The notes beneath the pieces were generated by a model that saw nothing but the letters and a program-made list of their open reading frames with translations, had not been told where the DNA came from and did no database searches. DNA of 64,000 bases, taken from the NCBI RefSeq assembly GCF_018977255.1, contig NW_024705000.1, positions 1 through 64,000 on the forward strand, given 5' to 3'. Shown in pieces: positions 50,782 through 64,000 of the stretch. The position numbers and the translations under genes are program-made. How positions within the stretch are numbered: the stretch's first letter is position 1; each line of letters opens with the position of its first letter. The stretch is from Callorhinchus milii. Its lineage: Eukaryota.

Positions 50782-51098
50782 TGTGGCTCAGTGGTTAGAG
50801 CACTCGCTTTGCAAGTGAGAGACCTGAGTTCAATTCCAGGTAGAGGGCGAAACCTCGGGCAAGTTTCCTTACTCCACACAGAGCCTAATAATAATCCCTC
50901 CAAAACCAAAAAGAATAAATTGGTCATTTTCAATCCACGACTGTTTGTGGGACATCGCTGTGCGCAATCGGCTGCCGCGTTCACCCCCAAATATACAGTC
51001 AGTTCACTTGACAGTGTGTTCCGTGAAGCGCTTTGGGACGTCCTCCCGCCGTGAAAAGCGCTATATCAAATGCGAGGATTATTATTATCATTATTATA
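50782..51098 (+). mobile_element. Full-length tRNA-derived SINE with L2-type tail and (ATT)n end (relatives at ~9200-9490 +, ~47020-47280 -, ~26700-27000 -)
   Basis: A box TGGCTCAGTGG, B box GAGTTCAATTCC; tail GTGAAGCGCTTTGGGACGTCC...AAAGCGCTATATCAAATGCGAGGATTATTATT. Confidence 0.8.
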
Positions 51099-51099
51099 G

Positions 51100-52600
51100 A
51101 AGCGCCTCGAGACGTCTCGACGACGCGACCAGGCGCCGCGTCACACGCGCACGGAACGACTGCTGCAACACACTGGGCATTCGGTGCCAAGCGCTCCGCC
51201 GTGAAGGCAAGTGGCGGCTGCTGCTGTTGTTGTTGTTGTTGTTATTGGTTGTGTTGTGAACAACTTCCTCCCTCTCAACGAAGGGGGGGGGGGGGGGGGT
51301 GAGCTCTGCGCATGCTCAGTCGCTCCCTCCCGCGCACAGGTGGGAACCGCGTCACGTGGTGTCAGCCAGAACCGGTTCCAGCCAGCCCCGGAACTGGGTC
51401 AGACCAGCCGCTACCACTTTCTGAAAAGGGGGGGGGGGGGGGGAAGGAGTACTGCAAAAGTCAACCCACATTTTCCTCTCTGAAAAAAAAAAGCACAGAC
51501 GTCTTCCCCCCTGATCGTAAACCAAAAAAAAAAGAAGCAACCGTCTCTGCCCTTAAAAGTCATTTGCTTTAATTTTATCCTCCCCCCCCCACCTTTTCCT
51601 ACCTTCTCTTCCCCCCCCCCCACCACCAGGAGCGAGTTGGTACAAGCCAGACCGCCATTTACCGTTGAGCCCAGCGAGTGCGATCGAGGTCTCAGTGTGT
51701 ATGTGTGAGGCAACGCGGGCGCAGCATGTCCGGTAAGACTCGAGTCCAGTCGCCTGGACGATAACAAAAACAAAGCGACCGGCCGCACTCTCCCCCTCTC
51801 TCGCCCGCCTGGGCCTGGTCCGCGGGCGGGAAGACGAAGCCGGTGGTGGGAGAGGGGGAGAGGGGGTGGTGCTTATTAAAGACGGGAGCATCGTGGCTCA
51901 GGTTAGGCCCGAAGCCCGTCACTCAGCAACAACCCTCCCACCCCTTGTCTTTCTCACAAAACACACACACACACACCCACCCCAGCGGCCTGAGGGGCAG
52001 CTTTACCCGCTCCTTAACTCGCTTTGAGGTAAACTCCGCAGGAAGAGGCCGCGAGTGACGCTTCTCTCCGGCGCCGGGCCTTCGCCGTCGCCTTTTTTTC
52101 TCTCCGCCCCCCCCCCCCCCCCCAAAAAAAAAATATGGAGGCGTTCTTGAAGCTCGCCGCCCGGCACGGTTTTTACCCTGTGGGTGGTGGGTGGAGGCGG
52201 GGGGGGGGTTTCGGGAGGGGATTCAGTCGTGCTGTTAAATAACGTGAGGGGGGGAGGGAGGGGTGGAGGCGAGGCCTGTGGCATGACTGCTGGCCTCCTG
52301 ACCGGGCTCCCGAGGCAGCTTGAGGGAGAAAGGCGGGTGACGCAGTTCCAAATGCTGGGCTGGGCGCCATTTTGAGGGAAGAGCCTTGAGGAGAGCGACC
52401 CCCTCGTCTTCCCTCCCTCCCTCCCTCCACCACCAAATAAAATGGAACGGATTCATCAACCCATCTGCTCTCTCTCTCCCCCGAGGCTCGTGCCGGTGCT
52501 TCAATACCAAGCCGCCTGCTTTTGTAACCAGAAGGAGACGGCGCCCTCTTTTCCCCCTGTAACCTTGATAGCACAAATACAAACTGATCTCTCCTCTTGT
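51100..52600 (+). promoter_or_regulatory. CpG-island promoter and first intron of the TAF15-like gene
   Basis: High CpG density. NRF1-like TGCGCATGCTCA ~51307, E-box GTCACGTG ~51351, YY1-like CGCCATTT ~51653 and ~52364. Confidence 0.65.
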
Positions 52601-55600
52601 GAGGACCGAATTACTCAAGTGGTCCAGTGCAAGAGTTTTTTTTTTCTCTCTCCCCCCCCCCCTCTCCCAACGTGCTGACCAAATTTGGAGCACGAGTGAG
52701 TGAATACAGTGGCCTTAAAGGATGCTTAGGCATATTTTAACAAACCCACCCCATTTTTCTGCGAGGATGCCCAAGTTCTTTTGGTCGGGTTATTCGTTCG
52801 CATCCTCAAACATTTAATCTGACTTTTTTTTTAATAAAAAAAAGCATTGGTTAGGGGACATGTGTTAAATAGTGCATCATACACGGATATCAAGCCCGTA
52901 GTTAATTTGAAACGTTGCTCTTATACAGCACAATAAAGACTGAAGCAAGGAGACGTGCCTATTTCTTTAAAAAGATTCACTTGCATTGATTTAGGGGTGC
53001 AGATTAGAGATTAGGATTTCATTTTGAAATGTTCACGTTGGTGTCAAAATTTTATTTTGATACATTCTGCTTTCATATTCTGCTTACTATGCTTGAACTC
53101 TTAATTTAGTGCAACATTTTAAAGGCATTCAGTTTATTTGCTCAAAGATAGTTCTGGATTCCTGAAGGTAGCCTTCGAGTTATTTTTTTCACTTGTTTTT
53201 TCTAAGGTATTTTAACTGAGCTTTGTGGGAATGTTAACTAGCTGTTGTCAAAATAGAATTGCCACATGTTGCTTTCTCTCACAAGACTGGTACACTGCTA
53301 ATCTTTGTATTTGTGAAAATCATTAGACTGAACTGGATTGAGAGGTTTTACTGATTGCAAACCCATCACTGATGTTTTACTTTTTTAATACTAGTATTTT
53401 GGAAATTACAGTCAGCCTGGAGCTCAAGCACAAAGGTATGTGTGCATGTTAGTGGATTAAGGATTGTTTTGTTCTCAAAGACTGACTTCTGTATACTGTA
53501 CTTTAAAACTTGACAATCGGTGCCATAAAGGTCCATGTAACACAATACAAATGCATACTTAAAACTTTGATCCTCTGTAAGGTTTCAGCCTTTAAGTCAT
53601 TGCTCAAATGGTCATAGGTGTTTTATGCCATTCTGTGCTTGTTTCCCTATTTGGGAAATGGATTGAAGTGGTAAATTATTGGTAAGATGCATACAGTGCC
53701 AAGTAGAAAGGATTTTCGATCGGTTTCTAAAATGTTAATAGTTCAAGTTATCCTGCATTGAAAGGCTAAAAAATGTACAAGACTGAAGGAAGACTCCCAA
53801 GATGAAAATAGCTTTAAACAATGGAATTGAGAAGATTAACTGTAATTTTAGTGTGGATTGCCATTGCATAAATAAGCTAACTTTTTTAGTGTTGCAGGGA
53901 AAAACCTAAAAATGGGTGCATAGCTTCAAATGAAATTGTCAGCTATGCAGCTCTTAAGTTACCACTGAGTGGGAGTCAATTTTATTTAGAATTGAATGCC
54001 AATGTGAATTCTTGGTTTTATATAATAGCATTGGTAAATTTGAGGCCTTAAAAATGTTGCCTTAAAAAAACCTTGGAGATATGTTGTTGTGTGGTGCTTT
54101 CCTAATCTTGTGACAATGTTCAACTCATTAATGCCCGGTTTCTTTTTCTGCCGAAGGTTTAATAAATGTTATTCTCCACACATTAGTATTGCACAGGTGT
54201 CAGCCGGGCATAGTTGGTAGCACTCACTTCTGTTTCAGAAGGTTGTAGGTTCGAGCCCCAAGTGGGACTTTGAGATTCAATCTTGGCTGACATTCACTTC
54301 AATATTGAGTGAGAGATGCATTGTTGGAGGCACAGTCCTTTGGATGACATGTTAAACAGAGGTCTCGTTCAGGTGGATGCTAAATATCCCATGTCACTAT
54401 TGGAAAAAGAGGAGTTTCTCCTGGTGTCATAGCAAACAATCCTCCAGATAAAATTGGACATTTACCTCATGACTGCTTGAATGGGCATTGCTGTATTCAA
54501 ATTGATATAGAAAATGGGCAGGGTATTCTGCCCAGAATGTCTTGTATAGCTTTCTGCAGAATCTGAAGCTTGTCATCTTTTTGGATCCTATTATTTACCT
54601 TTCTTCCCCCTCACCTTTCTTGCAGCTATGGAGCATATGCTTCTCAGTCGGGCCAAAGTTATGGACATGCTGCACAGGTGTGTGATTCTAGGTGAATTAG
54701 GTTGAACACTACATGGAGATGATGACTGGCCATGTTGTGATCAGCCTTGCCAAAAAAAGGCCAGTGAACTTTTTCTATAGTGCTATATTTGTATCTTTGA
54801 TGTAAGTATTGACTTGTGGAAAGAACAGGCTGCTTTATCCACCGGTTATCAATGCTAGTCAAAACAATGTGATGTTAATGTTAACAGTTAACCAATTGAA
54901 AAAGGGTGGCTAATTTTGAAGTGGGATGTATCTCATGTGATTGTGCTCAAGGAACTACCCCCCCCCCACTCCCTGCAAAGGTAATCTTTTGCAGAGCTAA
55001 TCTTGGTTCTCATTAAACTGGCCCATAAAATGTTATGATACAAATTTGCTTTCTGCAAAGACTTTCTGCTGATATATCCGATATTGTGACCTTGGGAAGC
55101 CCAGCCTGATCTTATCATGGATGGACAATACAGGATTTAGGCTAGTGCTGAAAAATAACTTTAAAAGAATCCATCCCTCAAGCATGTGATTATGCCTTAT
55201 TCAACAATTGTGTTTAATCTCATTCAGGTTTAAAATGTGCTATTTTTTTCCCACCTGCTAAGGTAAGTCCTTTGTAGTGCCATGCTTCTCACCGAATCAA
55301 TAGAATTCTCGTTTTATTTGTTTCTCAGTCTTCATATTCATCTTATGCATGTGCACATGTATTCTGCAGGTTGAGTTACATACACGGTTTAACATTTACG
55401 GCTGCTGCTGTTTTGGTTGAGAATTCCATAAGATAACCTCATTGTACACCATTGTAAGAGAGTAACTCCCACACTCTGAAAGTAGCTGCTTGGGAGGATC
55501 GGTGAATGGCACCTGGTGCCTCTCAGCTGCTTTGCAACAACAGCGATTTATTCTATGTCCGTCCCATCACTGGTGCAGCATGTTGATGCTTCTCTCAGTA

Positions 55601-58600
55601 TGCTACGCCACCTAAATGTGACAGAATCTATAAGATGAGCAGCAACTAGTTGTTGGGTGTATTAATTATTCTTGTATGTTGTACACCCATTGTGGCGTTA
55701 ATTTAATTTCAACTTCAGATGCTTAGTTGCTGAAGTCACCCTTGTCTAGCCAGCATTCTGAAGTGGTCCAGATTGTTACTTTCCTGTATGAACTAACTTT
55801 GCTGCTTTACCTGTCCATTTCCTTTTGCCACTGGTATTTCAGCAGTGGATTAATATTTAATAATGCAACCTTGTCTTCCCCTTATGAAAGCATTGCATAT
55901 TACAATCTTATATTTTGAGTTTCCTATAAAATAGATTGTTTGTTTAAAAAAATCCAGCACAAGAGTTCCCAGTTGGACTATGGTCGGGTTCCCAACTTAT
56001 TTCATCTGGAACACGTGAAGCAGAATAGCAATTATTGCGAATGTGTCCTGCCTGCTTAGGCAGGTTACTCACGTGCTTAAAGCTTAGTTTGGAGTGATGT
56101 TTGAATTGCAGAATATCCCAGGTTTTTTTTGGTTATTCATTTATTTTCAAACTCATTTTTAAGTGCTTCCACACTTTTGCCCTGTCTCTTAATATCCTGC
56201 AGTCCTCCCTCCCCACTGTTAACTCAAGATTGTTTTGTGTCCTCTGTCCTACTTTTGGCAGGTGAAATTTCAGCCACTTTGTCCCACTCGAGGAAAACTG
56301 CCTTTGTGCCTTCAGTCACTCATTCCTATCCCTTCCACTATTAGGCTCCCACTCTGTCTGTGAAAGATGCTGTTTTATAAGTGGAAGCTTTACTTTTGTT
56401 CATATTCCGATACCGGATTTTTAACCAATCTTGGTTGTGATTTCTTGTATGTAAAGCTTAATGTGGTCTGACTTCAGAATATTCATTGCAACCGTATGTT
56501 GTACCCCTGCAATATTTAGAAGGGCCTGTTAATGAGGGAACTATATTGGGCCCTGGTCCAATGAAACCGTATCCATAAACCAAGAATTCTTCCCATTTGG
56601 GGTAACTGACTAATTGAAATATACATATTGTGAGATTATTGTGATTGTTGTGTGAAACTGCAGTTGGCCCGTGGGTGTGCAACCTCTATGGCACAGGAAG
56701 TTGCAGCAGGGTAGTTTCAAAACATTCAAAACAATATTTCATCAGCAAAATAGTTATTTGGAATGGAAAAGGTGGGAGTTAAGTTGTCTTTGTTGCACCT
56801 AAAATATTTTTGTAACTTTTTTTCTCTTTCCTTCTAAGGGCTATGGTGGTTATGGGCAGTCTGATTCTTCTGGGTATGGGCACAGCCAAACTCAAAGTGG
56901 GTATGGTTCAGGTTATGGACAGTCGAAGCCAGGTATGTCATGTTTTTAATTCTGAGCTTTATCTTAATTCTGAAATATGGCTATATGTATTCTAATCGTA
57001 TTTGTTCTGTTGTGCAGGAGTAAATTCTCAGTCGTCAACGCAAAGCTATGCGCAGCATGGTCAGGGTTATGGGTCTTCTAGCTATGGAAGTGATAGCTCC
57101 CAGAATACTTATGGACAACAATCAGGCTATGGAGGCTATGGACAGCAGTCAGATTCTTCTGCCAGGTGATAATGTCATAATCTAAGTGCAACCTTTTCTT
57201 TGCCTATAATAGACATTTTGCTAGATAAAAGCTGGTTTGTAAAATGTCATTTATGTGAAAGTGTGCTAATGTAAACGCAAGCTATCTTTGGAAGCTCTTA
57301 GCATAGATTGGTCTATCTGATATTGATATTCAATGTTATGGATTCTCTTTCCAGTGATTGAGTGAAATCCTAGTGAACAAAAGGATGACCATTAAGATGA
57401 CGTGTGTTTTTGTTTCAGCTATAGCTCAAAACCCCCGACAGATTACGGTAGCCAGCAAGGACATTATGGTCATCAAACATCTTATCCTCCACCTCACGAG
57501 AGCTACGGTCAGCAGAGTGCAGGAGGTAATCTATTCATTTTTGAATTTAAATAAACATTGGTCACACTAAAGGGGAGAAAGAGTATTTAGTTTGTTTTTG
57601 TGTGACAATTTTTTTTCCCCTCCACCCACACTTGTTTGTCGCTCTGGATGTTTTCATAATAAATGTAGCCAGGCTATTTAACTGTAGGTGGGGCTTGCAG
57701 ATGAACATAACTATACAACTTTTTCAGCAGACTTGCTGAATGTTAATCAGTAATCCCGCTGACTTTTTTAGCCCAGTAATGCAACATAAAACCCACTTGA
57801 TGTAGCTTTCTGGGCTTTATGTCTCGGTACTACACTCGGTGACTCATTTAACCCCTCACCAACACAGCAGCCAGGCAATCCTATTCATTTTGAATTCAAA
57901 GTATTTCACAGATTAGTCCCAGAACTTTGTCATTTCGATCTCTTGTGGATAAAATTCTGAAGGTGAAAGCAAATCATATCAATAAATAGATTTATTTTTA
58001 AATCAATGAAATGCAGTGTTTTTAACTTTTTTATTTTCCTTCAGATGACTATGAGCAGGAGAGACCTGCTAGAAGTAAATATGGAGATGACAGCTGGAGC
58101 TATAACAGGCCGCCGGGTAATGGGGGTAGAAGCCGTGGAGGATTTAGCCATGGTGGCTATGACAGTGATTCTAGAGCGGGACGTGGTCGAATGGGGTAGG
58201 TGTTTTATCATTATCCTTGTTTAAAATACGAATCTGTGCAATGGAATCTATAACCTTAAGTTGATTTGTGTATGTTTAATGGCACAACCTGCCTTTTTTC
58301 AAAGGTGAGTTTAAAATAGCTCAACTAACATTTTCTATTTTAACTCAACTAGGGGGTGGGAATCTACTGAATTGACATTGTTGCTACATATCGTTTAAGA
58401 AGAGCTCCCAACTCTAAATTTCAGCTAATCAGTACTAATTAATTCTGCTTTTATTTGGAGAGAAATGTTTAAATACTCCTAATTTTACAGTATCCACTAA
58501 CTTATTTAAGATGAATATTGTATCTGATGTTCACTGCTTATATTAATGGGTTGAGAGATTTTGGTCCAGGAAACATCACTTTTGACAACTGTGCTGTGCT

Positions 58601-61600
58601 CCTCAGACTGGAATTTCAATGCATTGGAAGTCAGACTGGGCTAGTTAATGTCTGGCCTGAAATTGGAGATTCTAACTGAGAGAATTGGTTAGTGAGCAGT
58701 ATGCAAGGATAACCACTTTCTCTACCTGTGTAGAGCAGCTTGCTCCATGTTCCCCACCCAGTCTGCCCCACCATCGGTGGTCGAGCATCCAGCCACCCTG
58801 TGGAACTCCATCCCACATCCCTTCGCCTGGCTTCCTCCCCCTCTTGCCTTCTTCAAGGCACGACTTAAGACCCTCCTCTTCAACCATGCCTTCGGCCACC
58901 CTTCTACCCCTACCCTCCACCACCCCAAATTCATGACTGTTCAGTGCCTTGGAACGTCCTCCCAACGTGAAAGGTGCCATACAAATGTAATTTGTTGTTG
59001 TATATGCTTTTAAATGCAAATCTTGCATCGTTTCCAAAGCATCCTTATAAATCTGGTTCCTCAGACGAGGTCACCAAAACTGGATCGAAGAACATTGGGA
59101 ATTATATTGGCACCAGCTTCTGAAATGTTTAAACTAGTGACATGTCAAGTATATGGTCCATGTATGTAAGTCTAAATGCTATGTAAAACAAAGATTGTCC
59201 TGGGTTCTTTTAAGAATAAGACATCTTCATAGTATTCGGATACAAACCAGTACATAGAAAGTGTTCCATTGAAACTGCAATCCTCTTTTCACTGTATAAG
59301 CAACTGGTGCGTAAATGGCAGACAAATCCAGATTTAGATCTTTTTGCATTCTCCCCACTGACGGATGGTCTTGTACTTGTGTACTGTACTTGGTGTCTAT
59401 TTTTACTCTGTTGTGGTATTTACTGCCTGTGGCATTAAGTGGCAGGATACATCACAAACTGTTCCTAAAAGTATATAACAATCAATGAACTAACATTGCC
59501 TTTATTTAAGGGACCGATCAGTAGATTCCAGTAAAATATTTATGGCAGGAATGTGGAACTTGTTCTTTAGCCTTGTGTTGGTCCAATAATTTCTTGGGGA
59601 TGCTTTGAGTAAGAACAGAGTGTTTAGTACTTCAATAATCAAATGGAAGGTGTGGGAGAAAGTTAGCCACTCAGGCAAGTGCCTATCTTTTGAACTACCT
59701 GGTAATGTGTGTTGCAATGTAAGTGTAAAACTGTAAATATAAGAATTGCTAGACAAAAGAGGTCCAAGGTCCATATAGTTCGCCTTCCACCATCCTGGCA
59801 GATGCATGCACAAGTCATGTCCCAAACTATATACTGTATTGCGAGATCTTATTTCCTAAAAGCAAAACTCTTAATTTGCTTTTGTAAGAGTCAACACTTT
59901 TTGGTTCCACTGTCTCCTGAGGGAGCCTGTTCCATACATACATTTACTACTTGCTTACTAACTTAAGTCATTGGAATTTAAATGAACAGAACTTATTTTT
60001 AAAAGTCTCCTTTTTTGTTCCCTCCCGGCTATACTTGTCTGTTATGAAACTAGACGGCTTCACAGAATGCTTCTATACATTTTATTGGTTGCTTCATTGA
60101 ACACTATTCAGTATTTTAAAATGTTCTGTAACAAATTATCACATACTTTCTAGTCGTTTTCAATTCTGTTTGTGAAAGTTTGGGATGGTCAACAATCTGC
60201 TCCACATGTGCTCTAGGTTTGGATGAATTACTCTTTAGTTGAATAATTTTGGTAACTTTTTGGGCTCTTCTTTGTATTTCTGGCTTGTCATGGGGGTGTG
60301 CGAGACAGACCAGAGTTAATCAATAAGACCATTAAATAGAGCTTACAGGCCAGTCATTATGCTTGTAGGCGTGTCATATTGTGGTCTGACATCTCAAAGC
60401 TTGAAGTTAATGGAGGTACTTGGGTGACGTTGCTTCACCAGTTGTATGGGAATTTGGTTACAAGCAGTTGCAAATGGCACTATCTGAAAATGCTTCTTTC
60501 AATAAAAGGCCACTAACACTATTGGGATTGAATAATGGTGTGCCATGTAATAGAAATGTTTGTTACAGACGTGGTATACATACAAACAGCTTGGAAGTAC
60601 TTCGGTAACCTTTTTATTCATTTCACAAGATTGCAGTATGTTCACAGTTCTTTTAACATTCTTGAGTGGAACAAGGAAAAGAGGTAAAAGTTCTATTTTG
60701 CAGTGCCATGTTTTCATAGCTGAATGCCACCCATTAAGTATCAGTATCTAAGAATGCATTCTGTTCCCTCTGTGTGAGATCTAGAACAACAACAAATGTG
60801 ATTGTTCAAAATATTGTGCAATAATTTTAAACTGATTCTGGTTTGGGTAATGTAAAGTTGCAATAAATCAAATAGAGAAACTGCAATCTATTGGTTTGCA
60901 TGGAGGATCTGAAGCCCTAACACCACATCAGTATATGCATTTATGGCAGTGGGGGAATTCCATCTGTTGCGGAAGTTGCCTGCTGCTCTTTTAAAATCTA
61001 CTATAAGGAAATTATTTCCTTAATCTAGTACAGTTTACAATGCTGCCTATCAGTTACGTAGAGGTATATTCTGAGATTGGTGCATCAGTTGGGTGTGACA
61101 CTAAACTTGTCTTGTTACAGTGAATGATGTATCTGTTTTAAGAAACCCTGATATGGATGTTTCGTAAAGCTTTTTCGAATGAATCTCTTTTGAATGCTCC
61201 ATTGACCTTTACCATATTAAAGGCTAAATGAGAAGCGAAGTCTTTCGGTGCTTTCCTCTTGCATATTCTGGTCAGATGTCATAACTCTGGTCAGATGTCT
61301 TCTGGACTGGAGCTTCTCATCATGAATCTACAATGGGACCAACTCCGATAAGTGTCTCCACTGTAAACAAAGTGGACTGCCCCTGGTTATTTAGAAGGCA
61401 CAGAAGCAACTTTCCCTCATTTGGAATTCTACATCCAGAAGGATGCCAATCATAGTACTTTGGAGCCATTTGCTAACTTGGTTGGCGTTGACTTTGGCTG
61501 CTTAGTGCCATTTTGAGGAAGGATGAGGAGTCATGAAAGCACTTTCAGATGACCTTGCCTTAAAAGCATTTTTATTGCTTGGGGTTGGGTAAAATGGAAA

Positions 61601-63290
61601 CAACAAATGGTTGTGTTTTTTTTAGTAGAAAATGGGCAACACCAGCCTGTGGCTCTTTCTCCGTCTATTCTCAACTCCCATCTGTTCCATGTTATGGTTC
61701 TGAATGACGTACACTCGATTCCTATTTAAAAGCTTGTACGTTCACTGCACATACTACCAAATACAAACATAAGTCGGTTAGTTTGGAAACCTGAAATTAT
61801 TGTGTTCAGCATGAAATTTGATATGCTGATTTAAACTTCTAAACCCCCCACCCAGATATTGAACAAAATTATTCAAGAAAATGGCTTCCAGTTACTGTAA
61901 GGAAACATTTATACTAGTTCAAAATACTACCATCTAGGAATGTACTCTCTTCCTTACTCATCCAAAAGATTAGAGGACCCATGTTATAGCTTCCACATTC
62001 ATATTTGAGCCCAGGCTTGTGTGTATGCTGATTTGAAATAAGACTATTAAAGTTGAATGTTCTGTGTTAACTTGCTCTACATTTTGTGTGCTACAGGTTT
62101 CAGAGTGAATGAACTAATACACTTCTCGACCATCACTTAACTGAAGCTCAAATATTACACAAACCCATAGTGTTAAACTGCACAAACTCAAAACATTAAG
62201 AATGCACATTTGTAACTATCTATTCAACGAATCCCAAGAAAAAGCTGAATCATGAGCAAATCTAGAAACCCTCAGATGAAGGGAATGTTGACTTTAATAA
62301 ACCAAATGGTAGACACATTTGCAACAGCACTAAGATATTTTTCCAAAGGGTTCTTCGGTGTGTCTTGTGTTTTGCGAAGGTGCTAAAATTTGGCATTCTT
62401 AAAATGGTATTTGTTTTAAGTAAAAAGGGAACTTGGAACAGCCTTTTTTCCCCATGAAGGCAAAACTATTTGGGTTTTAAACGACCGAGTTGTGCCACCA
62501 ATAGCAAATAAGAATGTGTCTTGAGACGCAACATTGGATCAGGTCAAGATTTTTTTTTAAAAAAAGCCATTTTGGTTTCAACTTGTAACTGACATGAGGA
62601 AGGCATCATTTCTTCAATTTTTTCCTCTGCAGTGGTGGTGACCGTGGTGGCTTCAATAATTTTGGTGGTAAGTGGAGAGTATCGGAACTGTTTCAGTGAA
62701 AATTTGTATGAAAGTTGTGACTTAAAGCCACCATTTCCTCATAACTTCCAGTATGGGAGCGTTCAGCATAAACTACCATGACTGAGTGTATTCAACCTGG
62801 AACTACGCATGCAGTCTTATAAAGGTTGTGGGGTTTTCTGTACAGTTGCATCAACATAACTGAATTATTGGAACTTGAGAAGATGTGTTTACCCAAGTGG
62901 GAGGTGGGTGGGGCAAATCAACAAAAGTGCTGCCTTCGAAAGTGTAGAGCTTAAATTGCACAACATAGTAACAGAGAGGAGTTGCATTCCTGTGGTTTTT
63001 AATACAATTGATGGGATACGATCAGCATGATGCTATTGGACACCACCTTGATGAAACGAAGCAATGAATGTTGATATGCAGGTCAATTCTAAACTTAAGT
63101 AGAAAGGCTTTTAAATGTGTCTTGTGGTTAACGTTGTACACAAAGAAGATGGAGGATTAATCATGTTTGCATCTCTGAATGTTCTTGCATAGTGTAATTT
63201 TTGGTGTCTTAAATCTGAAGTCCAGTGAAATAGTAACTGGAGCTCTTACCTCCGCAGGCTCAAGAGACCATGGTCAAGGATCTAATCCAG
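51726..63290 (+). CDS. TAF15: FET-family RNA-binding protein, TAF15-like; exons 1-9 (SYGQ low-complexity domain and first RGG region), continues beyond window
   Basis: Exons 51726-51732 (MS), 53395/6-53435 (FGNYSQPGAQAQ), 54626-54677, 56839-56932, 57018-57165, 57419-57525, 58045-58195 (RSRGG...RGRMG), 62633-62667 (GGDRGGFNNFG, 35 nt), 63258-63290 (33 nt). Exon sizes and MS start fit TAF15 better than FUS/EWSR1 (recalled). There is a 1-nt phase conflict between exons 1 and 2. Confidence 0.85.
58740..59000 (+). mobile_element. L2 3' end fragment in TAF15-like intron 7
   Basis: PATLWNSIP...FFKARLKTLLF, then the shared stem-loop tail and TTGTTG. Confidence 0.7.
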
Positions 63291-64000
63291 GTAGGACAGC
63301 TTAAATATTCTTTTCCCTTCCCTTCACCCCCCACATTTTAAGTATAGTTTGTAGCAATATTCCAATAAACTTTCTACTGGAGGCTTGTCGGTCTGATTGA
63401 TTTATCTCTTTCATGCGTTTTGTTACAAAGATGTTTGAGCATCAGTTTACCGAACAATGTCATGGTGATTCTAATGAATTCTGATTTAATAAAGATGCAT
63501 TTCCAATCGGTACTTGTCAGACTACAACCATGGATCTGTAGCCAATGTCAAAATAAAGTATTCAGTTCATTTGTTCAGTCTTAGTATTAGCAATTTTCAG
63601 AACTTATTTGCAGTACACTTCTGGTGTCTTAACTGTGGAGAAAGCTAGTTTGGTTTCTCAGGGTTTTTTTTTCCCCTTCAAAATGTGTCAGCAGTTTTCT
63701 TTTTGCTAAATTTAGATCTTGGTACTATGAAGTTTTACCCAATGTTTCTAGAATAACAAAGTAGTGCCGTTGCTTGATGGTCATATCTTTCATGTTTTGT
63801 TGGTTTGGATTTGCTTCTGTTAGTCTACTTAAGGCTCCACAACAGACTGAAGATATAGCTATCCAGCTACATAATTCTTGTGCTGTTACGAAAAATAATT
63901 TAAGTATTTATTTCCTCAGTCTTCTGGCTTGTGCTCCAGTATCTCTGCCTTCCATCTTATGTTGATATGCTGATTGATTTTTTTTATTCCTCTTGAGTAT

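Noticed and set aside
50782-50860. tRNA gene
   Set aside because: A/B boxes are present, but the sequence runs into a SINE body and tail and recurs in degenerate copies. It is a SINE head.
58196-62632. Intronic snoRNA in the TAF15-like gene
   Set aside because: No clear C/D box pair with terminal stem or H/ACA structure seen by eye; an Infernal/Rfam scan would be needed.

Overview
Eukaryotic vertebrate genomic DNA. The SINE/L2/CR1 repeat content suggests a cartilaginous fish (inference). No prokaryotic features or CRISPR array are present. From left to right: (1) 1-29.5 kb is a minus-strand tandem array of five 9-exon CYP2D-like cytochrome P450 genes, A to E. A is cut by the window edge; B-E each splice to a 1521-nt CDS. 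The copies are mosaics produced by ~6.7-kb and ~19-kb duplications, and their amino-acid differences cluster in substrate-recognition sites. (2) An intact intronless MAPRE/EB-family gene (probable retrogene) with a 41-bp minisatellite upstream. (3) A 4-exon RHBDD2-like rhomboid pseudoprotease gene with a U12-type intron and an RFX X-box. (4) Divergent from it, the 5' part (exons 1-9) of a TAF15-like FET gene with an apparent 1-nt frame discrepancy at exon 2. tRNA-derived SINEs and L2/CR1 fragments are scattered throughout. All calls come from manual reading and recalled family motifs; no database searches were run.
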